The position numbers and the translations under genes were made by a program. Under the pieces are notes generated by a model. The model searched no databases, was not told where the DNA came from, and worked only from the letters and a program-made list of their open reading frames with translations. A DNA stretch of 64,000 nucleotides from an uncultured Actinomycetes bacterium (GTDB lineage: Bacteria; Actinomycetota; Thermoleophilia; UBA2241), in NCBI GenBank assembly GCA_963709345.1, contig CAVPVX010000007.1, forward strand, positions 384,001 through 448,000, in the 5' to 3' direction. This document shows, piece after piece, positions 39,818 to 48,002 of the stretch (positions within the stretch are counted from its first letter, which is position 1; each line of letters opens with the position of its first letter).

Positions 39818-41359
39818 GTGGCGAGCGCCGCGGCCGCCGGCTCTCTGCGCTGGTGGTCGCTCGCCGGCCTGACGGCGGCGGCGGCGATCGTCTGGTTCGC
39901 CGCCGCCGGCATGCCCGTGGCGACCCCGCTGATCGCCGAGGACCTCGGCGGCTCGGTCACCGCTCTGCAGTGGGCGAACACCGCCTTCACGCTGATGTGC
40001 GGTGCGCTGGTCATCGCCGGCGGCCGCTTCGGCGACATCTTCGGCCGGCGGCGCGTGCTCGTCCTGGGGCTCGCCTTCTTCGCCGCCGCGTCGCTGATCG
40101 CAGCGCTGGCCCGCAGCCCGGAGATGCTGATCGCCGGCCGCGCCCTCATGGGCGTCGCCGCAGCCGCGATCCTCCCGGCGACGCTCGCCATCATCCCCAT
40201 CGAGTTCAGCGGCAAGGAGGAGGTGACGGCCTTCAGCGTGTGGATGGCCGTCGCGGGGGCGGGCCAGGCGCTGGCCCCCGCCGTCTCCGGCGCCCTGACC
40301 CAGGTCTTCGCCTGGCAGGCGATCTTCTGGGTCAACGTGCCGCTCTGCCTCGCCGCCTTCCTGCTCGTCCGGTCGACGACGCCGGAATCCCGCGACGAGG
40401 CCGCTCCGCACTCCATCGACGTGCCCGGCCTCCTGACGGTCGGCGGCGGGCTCATCGCGCTGATCTACGCGCTGAACGAGGGACCGGGCCGCGGATGGGC
40501 CTCTCCAGAGGTGCTGGGCGCGCTCGTGCTCGCCGCCGTGCTCCTGACCGCGTGCCTCCTCATCGAGCGCCATGTGCGCAACCCGCTGATCGACTTCGGC
40601 CTCTTCCGCCGCCGCTCCTTCAACGGCGCCCTCGCCGACAACTTCGTCTACAACTTCACGCTCGCCGGCACGATGTACGTGCTCGCACTGTATCTCGTGG
40701 AGGTGCGCCACTACGCCCCGTTCACCGCCGGTCTGCTCCTGCTGCCCTCCACCGTCGGGATGCTGCTGCTGCTACCCCTCGGCGCCCGGATGCAGTTGCG
40801 GACGGGTCCGCGCCTCCCCCTCGCCGCCGGCACGCTGATCATGGGCGCCGGCACCTTCATGGTGGGCTTTCTGACCACCTCGACGCCCTACTGGTGGTTC
40901 GCCGCCGGTCTGCTCATCCAGGGCATCGGCATCGGTCTCTTCTCCACGCCGCTCAGCGACACGGCGGTCGGCCTGGCGCCGCCGGCCGAGTCGGGAGCGG
41001 CTTCCGGCGTCTTCAAGATGAGCAGTATGGTCGGCGGGGCGTTCGGCATCGCCGTGCTCGCCGCACTCTACCGCGGGCTCCAGATCGCAATCGTGAAGGC
41101 CGACGTCGCCGCGGCCCACCTCACGCCGGCCCAGCAGTCGCAGGTGGACGACGCGTTCGGGAGCACCAGCCAGGCCGATGCGCTGTTCGCCAAGCTGCCA
41201 CCCGACGCTCAGACACGGGTCCTCGAAGCGGTGCGTGATGCCTTGGCCGGCGGCATCGGCGACTCGCTCAAGATCGCTGCCGTCTTCTCGCTGCTGGCGT
41301 TCGCCGCGGTGCTGTGGCTCGTGCCCAAGGGCATCCTGCACGCCGATCGCCACCGCTGA
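39818..41359 (+). CDS. MFS transporter (DHA2 type)
   Basis: GRFGDIFGRRR motif A; WQAIFWVNVP; about 14 TMs. Confidence 0.88.
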   Translation: MASAAAAGSLRWWSLAGLTAAAAIVWFAAAGMPVATPLIAEDLGGSVTALQWANTAFTLMCGALVIAGGRFGDIFGRRRVLVLGLAFFAAASLIAALARSPEMLIAGRALMGVAAAAILPATLAIIPIEFSGKEEVTAFSVWMAVAGAGQALAPAVSGALTQVFAWQAIFWVNVPLCLAAFLLVRSTTPESRDEAAPHSIDVPGLLTVGGGLIALIYALNEGPGRGWASPEVLGALVLAAVLLTACLLIERHVRNPLIDFGLFRRRSFNGALADNFVYNFTLAGTMYVLALYLVEVRHYAPFTAGLLLLPSTVGMLLLLPLGARMQLRTGPRLPLAAGTLIMGAGTFMVGFLTTSTPYWWFAAGLLIQGIGIGLFSTPLSDTAVGLAPPAESGAASGVFKMSSMVGGAFGIAVLAALYRGLQIAIVKADVAAAHLTPAQQSQVDDAFGSTSQADALFAKLPPDAQTRVLEAVRDALAGGIGDSLKIAAVFSLLAFAAVLWLVPKGILHADRHR

Positions 41360-41429
41360 GCGGTACCTCGCCGCCCGCGCCCTGTCGTATACTGTTCGTC
41401 CGCTTCGGGCGCACGCCCTGAGGCTTCGC

Positions 41430-41522
41430 GGAGAGGTGTCCGAGTTGGCTTAAGGAGCGCGACTGGAAATCGCGTGGGCGGGGTTACCTGCCTCGAGGGT
41501 TCGAATCCCTCCCTCTCCGCCA
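41430..41522 (+). tRNA. tRNA-Ser(GGA)
   Basis: GGAGAGG/CCTCTCC stem, anticodon GGA, long variable arm, CCA. Confidence 0.95.
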
Positions 41523-41615
41523 CATCCACCAGCGCAGATGCAGCGGCCCCCACGACGCTTCAGAAGTCCTTCACAACTCCCCCGTATCCTTGCCTGACGG
41601 TGATGTCGGCGACCC

Positions 41616-42857
41616 ATGGGTCGCCTCGCGAAGGGAGCGGGCGTGGCATGCGAACGAGCGAACGAGGCGGCGCAGCAGCGCGCGCGCTGGATACGCTGGG
41701 GTATCCTGGGCGGCGTCCTCGTCGCCGTCACGGCGATCGTCACCGCCCATCGAATGGCCGTGGGGCCCGGCAAGCCGCCCGGCGTCGACGCCCTCTGCCC
41801 GCTCGGCGGCGTGGAGACGCTCTACTCACTGCTGACCGGCGCCGGGTTCATCCGGCAGACGGCCGCCAGCGCCGTGATCCTGCTCGTCGGCATGCTGCTC
41901 ATGGCCGTCGTCTACCGGCGCTCCTTCTGCGGGCACCTGTGCCCGCTGGGAGCGCTGCAGGGCATCTTCGGGGCGCTCGGGCGCAAGCTGATCAAGCGTC
42001 GTCGGACGATCCCGCCAGCCGTCGACCGCGTCGCCCGCTGGCTCAAATACGTCGTGCTCGTCTTCTTCGCCGTCTGGTCGTGGCAGGCGGCCGCGCTCGT
42101 GATGCGGCCCTACGACCCGTGGGTGGCCTGGGCGCACCTCACATCCGCCACGCTGTTCACCGAGTTCGGGATCGGGCTCGCGGTGCTGGTCGTGTCGCTC
42201 GCCGGCTCGCTGGTCTACGAGCGCTTCTTCTGCAAGTACCTCTGCCCCACCGGCGCCTTGCTCGGGCTGCTGGCCGGGATCAGCCTGTTCCGTATCCGCC
42301 GCGACCCCGCAACCTGCATCGACTGCGGTCTCTGCGACCGCGCCTGCCCCATGAACGTCGACGTCGCCACCGCCGCGACCGTCACCTCGTCCGAGTGCAT
42401 CTCCTGCAACGAGTGCGTCAACGTGTGTCCCGCCGCCGGCGCCCTCGAGGTCGTCACCGCCGGCAGCCGCAAGCCCTCGACCGTTCTGGCCGCCGGCATC
42501 GTGGTGGCGCTGATGGCCGGCATCATCGGCCTGACCACCCTGACCGGCGACTTCGAGTGGCAGAAGGAGAGAAACGGCGAAGGTCGCGGCGCAGGGCACG
42601 CCGGCCAGGGGGAAGGCCAAGGTCAGGGCGAGGGCCAGGGCCAGGGCGAGGGCCAGGGCGGAAGCGAGTCGGCCGTCAAGGGCTGGATGTCCTTCGCCGA
42701 CATCGCCGCGATGACGGGCATACCCCTCGCGGACTTCAGCGCCGAGTGGGGCGTGCCGGACGCGGACCTCGGCCTGCCGATGAAGGACATCAAGGACAGG
42801 TACGGCTTCACGCCGGAGGCCGTCCGCGCCTGGGTGGAGGAACGCCTTACGGAGTGA
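41616..42857 (+). CDS. Membrane 4Fe-4S binding protein (NapH/MauN-like)
   Basis: CPLG, FCGHLCP, FCKYLCP, two CxxCxxCxxxCP motifs; GQGE repeat linker; start may be GTG 41643. Confidence 0.85.
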   Translation: MGRLAKGAGVACERANEAAQQRARWIRWGILGGVLVAVTAIVTAHRMAVGPGKPPGVDALCPLGGVETLYSLLTGAGFIRQTAASAVILLVGMLLMAVVYRRSFCGHLCPLGALQGIFGALGRKLIKRRRTIPPAVDRVARWLKYVVLVFFAVWSWQAAALVMRPYDPWVAWAHLTSATLFTEFGIGLAVLVVSLAGSLVYERFFCKYLCPTGALLGLLAGISLFRIRRDPATCIDCGLCDRACPMNVDVATAATVTSSECISCNECVNVCPAAGALEVVTAGSRKPSTVLAAGIVVALMAGIIGLTTLTGDFEWQKERNGEGRGAGHAGQGEGQGQGEGQGQGEGQGGSESAVKGWMSFADIAAMTGIPLADFSAEWGVPDADLGLPMKDIKDRYGFTPEAVRAWVEERLTE

Positions 42858-43024
42858 GGCGGCGGAGCGGTTGCATGCGGCGGTCTCGGCAATCCTTGAT
42901 CCGGCCAACCGGGCTCGGAGGCGCATGTTCAAGTCCCGGGGCGGCGCCGTCGGCACGGTAGAGCGGCTGCGCTTACTCGGGTAGTGTAGAGACCGACCCC
43001 TTGAGACTACCCCAGGAGTGGACC

Positions 43025-43444
43025 GTGACTACTCTCATGAACGTCGTCGCCGTCGTTCTCGTCGTGCTGGTCGTCCTCTTGACGGTGCCGAAGCTGATGA
43101 TGGCATCCAAGGCGCGGAGGATGAGGGGCAAGCCGGCGCCGGCGCCGCACAAAGCATCCGCCAAGAGGATCAAGTCGGGCGCCCGGACGATCCTGTACTT
43201 CCACACGACGACGTGCCGTGCGTGCAAGACCCAGGACCCCATCATGCGCAAGGTCCAGAAGCGCTATCCGGATGCCGTGTTCAAGATCGACACGGCGGCG
43301 AACCGGCCGGCCGCGTCCGCATACGGCGTCATGGGTGTGCCCTATCTCGCATTCATCGAGGGCGGGAAGCTGGTCTCGGCGCGATCGGGCGTGCAGCGGG
43401 AGGACGCGCTCGTCGGCTTTCTCTCCGGCAAGGGGAAGGCATAG
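43025..43444 (+). CDS. Thioredoxin-like protein with N-terminal membrane anchor
   Basis: YFHTTTCRACK (CxxC), YGVMGVP. Confidence 0.8.
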   Translation: MTTLMNVVAVVLVVLVVLLTVPKLMMASKARRMRGKPAPAPHKASAKRIKSGARTILYFHTTTCRACKTQDPIMRKVQKRYPDAVFKIDTAANRPAASAYGVMGVPYLAFIEGGKLVSARSGVQREDALVGFLSGKGKA

Positions 43445-43491
43445 GAGCGGTCCACCCGGCGTGCTGCGACCGAGGTCCGCATCGCGTGCGG

Positions 43492-43625
43492 CGACATCGC
43501 CGCGATGACCGGCTTCCCCTCGCCGACTTCGGCCTGCTGATGACGGACAACTGGAACCGGTACGGCTTCACGCGAGAGGTCGACCGCGCCTGGGTGGAGG
43601 AGCGCATGGCGGAGTGAGGCGGCGG
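43492..43625 (+). pseudogene. Decayed copy of the 3' end of the 4Fe-4S gene (42698-42866)
   Basis: Shared cgacatcgccgcgatgac, ggtacggcttcacgc, ccgcgcctgggtggagga and ggagtgaggcggcgg, with indels. Confidence 0.8.
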
Positions 43626-43690
43626 GGGGCCGCGTGCTACACTACGCGTCCGCGGCCCCTGCCTCGCGCGCACGGCGGCCGCCGCCTCGC

Positions 43691-43785
<95 letters not shown>

Positions 43786-44002
43786 GCAGGTAAAAGACCC
43801 GCCCGAGCTACTCCTGAGCGGGTCTATCTTCAGCCTGAGCCGGAGCCATCTGGAGCCATCTCCAGAGGTGACGGCGGCCGACGGTGGTCGCCAGACGCGC
43901 TGCGAACGGGCGCCGCTATGGGTCCGCGAGTCATAGAGTTTCGGCACTGGTGCCTGATCTCGCCCTGCTTTCGATGAAGCTCGACAGGCCGATCGCTGGC
44001 TC

Positions 44003-45067
44003 GTGCCGCAGCCCTTCCGTCCCCCGCCACCGCCACACTGGTGCGCCGCCCAGCGACCCACGGAGCACCGCAGGTCAGAGCTGCTCACGCAGATGCGCGC
44101 CGGCCTCACGGCTCGCCACTACAGCCGCCGCACCGAAGAGGTCTACTGCCACTGGGTGCGCCGGTACGTGCGCTTCCACCAGCTGCGCCACCCGGCGGAG
44201 CTCGGCGACGAGGAGATCAACGCCTTCCTCACGCACCTCGCCGTCACCGAGCACGTCAGCGCCTCGACCCAGACGCAGGCGCTCAGCGCGCTGCTCTTCC
44301 TCTACCGCCAGGTGCTCGGGCGCGAGGTCGGCGAGCTCGACCTGGTGCGCGCGAACAAGCCGCGGCACCTGCCGGTCGTGCTCACGCGCGAGGAGGTGCG
44401 CCGGCTGCTCGCTGGGCTCGAGGGCGACCCGCGGCTGGTGGCCGCGCTGCTCTACGGCTCCGGCCTGCGCCTCATGGAGGCGCTGCGCCTGCGCGTCTGC
44501 GACCTCGAGCCGGGGCGCGGCGAGCTCCTCGTGCGCAGCGGCAAGGGCGGCCGCGACCGCGTCACCATGCTGCCACGCTCGCTGCAGCCGGCCCTCGAAG
44601 CCCAGCTCGCGCGAGGGCGCGCCCTGCACGAACGCGATCTCGCCGCGGGCTGGGGGCGCGTCGAGCTCCCCGGAGCCCTGGCGCGCAAGTACCCCAAGGC
44701 GCCCTGGGAGTGGCGCTGGCAGTGGGTCTTCCCGCAGCAGCGCCGCTGGCGCAACCGGGAGAACGGCGAGGAGGGGCGCCACCACATCCACGAGACCATC
44801 GTGCAGCGCGCCGTGACCGCCGCCGTGCGCCGCGCCGAGATCGACAAGCACGCCACCTGCCACACCCTGCGCCACTCGTTCGCGACCCACCTGCTCGAGG
44901 ACGGCTACGACATCCGCACGATCCAGGAGTTGCTCGGCCACAAGGACGTGCGCACGACGATGATCTACGCGCACGTGCTGAACCGTGGCGGCCAGGGCGT
45001 GCGCAGCCCGATCGACGACCTCGTCGGGGAAAGGCGGTCTGCCTTTCGCGCACCTTCAGGCTCGTGA
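44003..45067 (+). CDS. intI: Integron integrase (tyrosine recombinase)
   Basis: RHYSRRTEEVY, SASTQTQALSALLFLY, LPVVLT, LYGSGLR, GKGGRDR, IntI-specific insertion LPGALARKYP..WQWVFP, RHH, HTLRHSFATHLL, LLGHKDV.TT.IY; start uncertain. Confidence 0.95.
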   Translation: MPQPFRPPPPPHWCAAQRPTEHRRSELLTQMRAGLTARHYSRRTEEVYCHWVRRYVRFHQLRHPAELGDEEINAFLTHLAVTEHVSASTQTQALSALLFLYRQVLGREVGELDLVRANKPRHLPVVLTREEVRRLLAGLEGDPRLVAALLYGSGLRLMEALRLRVCDLEPGRGELLVRSGKGGRDRVTMLPRSLQPALEAQLARGRALHERDLAAGWGRVELPGALARKYPKAPWEWRWQWVFPQQRRWRNRENGEEGRHHIHETIVQRAVTAAVRRAEIDKHATCHTLRHSFATHLLEDGYDIRTIQELLGHKDVRTTMIYAHVLNRGGQGVRSPIDDLVGERRSAFRAPSGS

Positions 45068-45090
45068 TAGCGTCATATACAGAAAGGGAG

Positions 45091-45135
45091 AGTCTGTGTC
45101 GATGACAAACGCAGACTGTCTAATAGTAGTTAGCC
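45091..45135 (+). other. Candidate attI site
   Basis: Core GTTAGCC 45129-45135 preceded by L-like TGTCTAA; exact inverse of the first cassette's R''. Confidence 0.7.
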
Positions 45136-45148
45136 CGAACTCCGGGGT

Positions 45149-45778
45149 GTGATTGCTGTGTACCTCGCCAAACCTGAGATCCCGACCGGCCAGGGAGTCT
45201 TGGTCTTGCACTCGTGGTGGGGCTTGAACGGGTTCTTCCGCGACCTGTGCGACCGGCTGGCATCTGACGGCTTCGTCGCACTCGCGGCGGACCTCTACGA
45301 CGGCAAGACCGCGAGCACGATCGGGGACGCAAAGGCCCTACGTGCCGAGGCCGGCGCCTCCAGGAGGGAGTCCGCCTACCGCTACCTCATCCGCATGATC
45401 GGCGAGCTCGAGTCGCAGGCCTCTGGAGACGTTGCCCTGCTCGGCTTCTCGATGGGTGGACACTGGGCCTACTGGCTCTCTCGGCGCCCTGAGCTTCCCA
45501 TCTCCAAGACGGCGACGTTCTACGCCGCACGCGACGGGGACTACTCGACAAGCCGCTCGGCCTTTCTTGCTCACTTCGCCGAGACCGATGAATGGGTGTC
45601 AGACGCCGGCGTGCTGAGACTCGAGCGTAGCTTGGAGAAGGCGGGTCGCGAGCATACGTTCCATACCTACGAAGGCACCGGGCACTGGTTCTTCGAGTCC
45701 GACAGGCCGGAGTACGACCCTGAGGCCGCGGCGCTCGCATGGGAGAGGACGGTTGCCTTCCTGCGGCGGTCGGGCTAA
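45149..45778 (+). CDS. Dienelactone hydrolase family protein (cassette 1)
   Basis: LHSWWGLN, ADLYDG, GFSMGG, YEGTGHWF, AW.RT..FL; stop TAA lies inside R''. Confidence 0.9.
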   Translation: MIAVYLAKPEIPTGQGVLVLHSWWGLNGFFRDLCDRLASDGFVALAADLYDGKTASTIGDAKALRAEAGASRRESAYRYLIRMIGELESQASGDVALLGFSMGGHWAYWLSRRPELPISKTATFYAARDGDYSTSRSAFLAHFAETDEWVSDAGVLRLERSLEKAGREHTFHTYEGTGHWFFESDRPEYDPEAAALAWERTVAFLRRSG

Positions 45779-45859
45779 CAAGCACATCAACCTGATGCGC
45801 CGAAGGGCCGAGATGGACTGGGAGCGCACTTCGCACAGGTTATGTGCCGAGCGTTCGGC
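45773..45859 (+). repeat. attC site 1
   Basis: R'' GGCTAAC, R' GTTCGGC; stem GCACAT-C-AACCTG-A-TGCG / CGCA-CAGGTT-ATGTGC with unpaired bases. Confidence 0.92.
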
Positions 45860-45933
45860 GTAGCAGGTTCGCAGCGTCTTCCGTAGGCGAGGCGGGGTAG
45901 AATCCTTGTCGTGATGTCTCAGGGATGTGAGTG

Positions 45934-46146
45934 ATGTCGGTCGTGTTTCGCATCGAGCTCGAGCGCGAGGCTGACGGGCGCTGGATCGCCGAGGTGGTCG
46001 AGTTGCCCGGAGTGCTCGCCTACGGCTCGAGCCAGGACGACGCCATCGCTCGCGTGCAGGCCCTTGCCCTGCGCGTCGTCGCCGACCGGCTCGAGAACGA
46101 AGAGGCCGGCCGCGAGTACCTGAACATCTCCTTTGCCGCTGCGTGA
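45934..46146 (+). CDS. hicB: HicB family antitoxin (cassette 2)
   Basis: EREADGRWIAEV.ELPGVLAYG; TAGAAT -10 at 45898. Confidence 0.88.
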   Translation: MSVVFRIELEREADGRWIAEVVELPGVLAYGSSQDDAIARVQALALRVVADRLENEEAGREYLNISFAAA

Positions 46147-46355
46147 GCGACTGGCCCAGCACCCGCACCAAGCTCGTTCTCGCGGCTCTCCTGCGCATCG
46201 GCTGGACGGTCGAGCGCCAGACCGGTTCCCACAAGATCCTCTCGCGCCCCGGCTGGCCCAACCTCGTCTTCGCCTTCCACGACCGCGAGGAGATCGGCCC
46301 GCGGATGCTCGCGCGCATCGCCAAGCACAGCGGCCTGAGGCCCGAGGACCTGTGA
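46143..46355 (+). CDS. hicA: HicA family toxin (cassette 2)
   Basis: LLRIGW..RQTGSH, FAFHD.EEIGP.ML.RI; GTGA overlap with hicB. Confidence 0.9.
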   Translation: MSDWPSTRTKLVLAALLRIGWTVERQTGSHKILSRPGWPNLVFAFHDREEIGPRMLARIAKHSGLRPEDL

Positions 46356-46365
46356 TGTTGGGCAC

Positions 46366-46455
46366 GCCGAACAAGCGGATCAAGCTGGCTCGCCGCGGCG
46401 CCGGCGACCTCACGGGAGGTCGGCGCGCTCGCAGCTTATCGGCGGTGCGTTGAGC
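46366..46455 (+). repeat. attC site 2
   Basis: R'' GCCGAAC, R' GTTGAGC; stem GCGGAT-C-AAGCTG / CAGCTT-ATCGGC. Confidence 0.9.
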
Positions 46456-46482
46456 GTACTCGTTGCACGTAGTCGGGGGGCA

Positions 46483-46857
46483 ATGATGAACCAGGCGCTG
46501 CTCTATGTTGCATCCGGCCTCACCGGCATATGGGGTGTGGCGCATCTGTTCGCCACCAAAGGGGCGGTTGCGGACTTCGGCGATATCATGCCTGACAACC
46601 GTCGCATCATCACCATGGAATGGATCGCTGAGGGCGTAGCCCTGATCTCCACGGCCGCGTTCGTTGCAGTGGCAGCCGCGATCCAGCCGGGATCCGACGT
46701 CTCGTCGGCGGTGTTCGCCGTGGCAATCGGCACCCTCACCACACTCGCCGTTGTCTCAATGTTTACGGGATTCCGCGTCCACTTCTTGCCCTATCGGCTC
46801 TGCCCGTTCATCTTCGGGCTGTCGGCGGTACTGATTGCATGGGGCGCGTGGTTCTAG
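46483..46857 (+). CDS. Hypothetical four-TM membrane protein (cassette 3)
   Basis: WGVAHLF.T, RRIITMEWI.EG; hydrophobic; bounded by attC2 and attC3. Confidence 0.8.
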   Translation: MMNQALLYVASGLTGIWGVAHLFATKGAVADFGDIMPDNRRIITMEWIAEGVALISTAAFVAVAAAIQPGSDVSSAVFAVAIGTLTTLAVVSMFTGFRVHFLPYRLCPFIFGLSAVLIAWGAWF

Positions 46858-46883
46858 GAGTCTAGATCCGCCGCTCGGGAGAC

Positions 46884-46987
46884 GCCCAACAAGCGTTTCG
46901 ACACTGACAAGACTCGGCGTTCGAGCTACGCTCGACCAGACGAGGCCAAACGCCTCGCCCTGCAGGTCAAACGCAAACACGTTAGGC
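46884..46987 (+). repeat. attC site 3
   Basis: R'' GCCCAAC, R' GTTAGGC; stem GCGTTT-C-GAC-A-CTG / CAG-GTC-AAACGC. Confidence 0.88.
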
Positions 46988-47048
46988 ACAACCCTGCCAC
47001 CCTCACTGCGGGCCTCGCCCCTTGCCGTCGCGTCGTGGCGCATCCGGA

Positions 47049-47109
47049 TGTAAAGCGTCCTTGACTTCTCTCAATCCCGTGTGCATTATGGTGTCAAGCG
47101 AGCTTTACA
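47049..47109 (+). promoter_or_regulatory. Sigma70-type promoter with two operator-like palindromes
   Basis: TTGACT(47061)-17 nt-CATTAT(47084); TGTAAAG-N4-CTTGACT and TGTCAAG-N4-CTTTACA. Confidence 0.75.
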
Positions 47110-47122
47110 CCAAGGGGTTTCG

Positions 47123-47323
47123 ATGCAGAACCGTGTGCGTGAGCTTCGTCTGGTCGCCAACCTTCGGCAGGAGGATCTCGCCGAACGCGTTGGTGTCAGC
47201 CGCCAGACGATCATCTCCATAGAGGGCGGGCGCTACAACCCATCGCTCGAGCTCGCTTGGAAGCTGTCCCGGACTCTGTCGGTGTCCATCGAGGATCTGT
47301 TCCAGTTTGGGGAGGTGAAGTAG
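47123..47323 (+). CDS. Xre-family HTH transcriptional regulator (cassette 4)
   Basis: MQNRVRELR, QEDLAERVGVSRQTIISIEGGRYNPSLELA. Confidence 0.92.
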   Translation: MQNRVRELRLVANLRQEDLAERVGVSRQTIISIEGGRYNPSLELAWKLSRTLSVSIEDLFQFGEVK

Positions 47324-47704
47324 GTGCGAACTGTGCGCAACACCATGCTCCTTGCGATTGCGCTGGCCGCTCCATACGTCTTGGTCGGTCTTCTCTCGAA
47401 TGGCCCCTACGCGTCTCGCGTTCTCCAAGGCGGGCTGGTCCTCTTGATAGTGGTTGCCGCGGTCTCGGTTTGGATGTGGCGGCAAGGGCCACGCATCGAC
47501 CGCGAGCAAGATGAGCGGGAGCGGCTGATCCTCTATCGCTCCGCGAGCTTCACGCTCTTGGTAACGGCCGTTGCACTGCAGACCTACTGGGCTATGCGCT
47601 TTGCCGCCGATGGGAACGCTGGAGACGATGTCTTCTGGCTGCTCGTGGTCTTCTGGGGCACCTTCGGGGGTTCGTACGCGTACAACCGGATTCGCGTCAG
47701 GTGA
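47324..47704 (+). CDS. Membrane protein, DUF2178-like (cassette 4)
   Basis: Four TMs with central DERE..I motif typical of Xre-associated membrane proteins. Confidence 0.7.
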   Translation: MRTVRNTMLLAIALAAPYVLVGLLSNGPYASRVLQGGLVLLIVVAAVSVWMWRQGPRIDREQDERERLILYRSASFTLLVTAVALQTYWAMRFAADGNAGDDVFWLLVVFWGTFGGSYAYNRIRVR

Positions 47705-47716
47705 GGGGTGAATGTG

Positions 47717-47923
47717 ATGTCTGAGAAGCGCTCGGACGCAGACGAGTCGAAGTCAGCTGACTCGATGGGCAACTGGATCGGCATCGGGGCGGGCTTGGGA
47801 GTCGCCATTGGGGTGATCTACGGCAACATTGGCCTTGGTACGGCGCTCGGGGCATGCCTCGGGGCGATCATCGGCGCAGCGGAACAGGCACGCGTCTCGA
47901 AGCGCGATCCGGGGGACAAGTAG
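47717..47923 (+). CDS. Small glycine-zipper membrane protein (cassette 4)
   Basis: GIGAGLGVAIG..GLG.ALGA.LGA repeats; GAGGGG RBS. Confidence 0.7.
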   Translation: MSEKRSDADESKSADSMGNWIGIGAGLGVAIGVIYGNIGLGTALGACLGAIIGAAEQARVSKRDPGDK

Positions 47924-47936
47924 TAGTGACTGGTGT

Positions 47937-47996
47937 GCCTGACAATGAGATCAACCCGACTCACTTCGCTCGCGGGTTATCTCAAACACGTTAGCC
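47937..47996 (+). repeat. attC site 4 (short; R'' AAC changed to GAC)
   Basis: R'' GCCTGAC, R' GTTAGCC; stem TGAGAT-C-AACCCG / CGGGTT-ATCTCA. Confidence 0.85.
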
Positions 47997-48002
47997 GGAC
48001 GC

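Noticed and set aside
42604-42660. GQGE coding repeat
   Set aside because: Protein linker repeat without spacers; not CRISPR
43900-44092. LexA/SOS box upstream of intI
   Set aside because: No convincing CGAAC-N4-GTTCG or CTGT-N8-ACAG match seen
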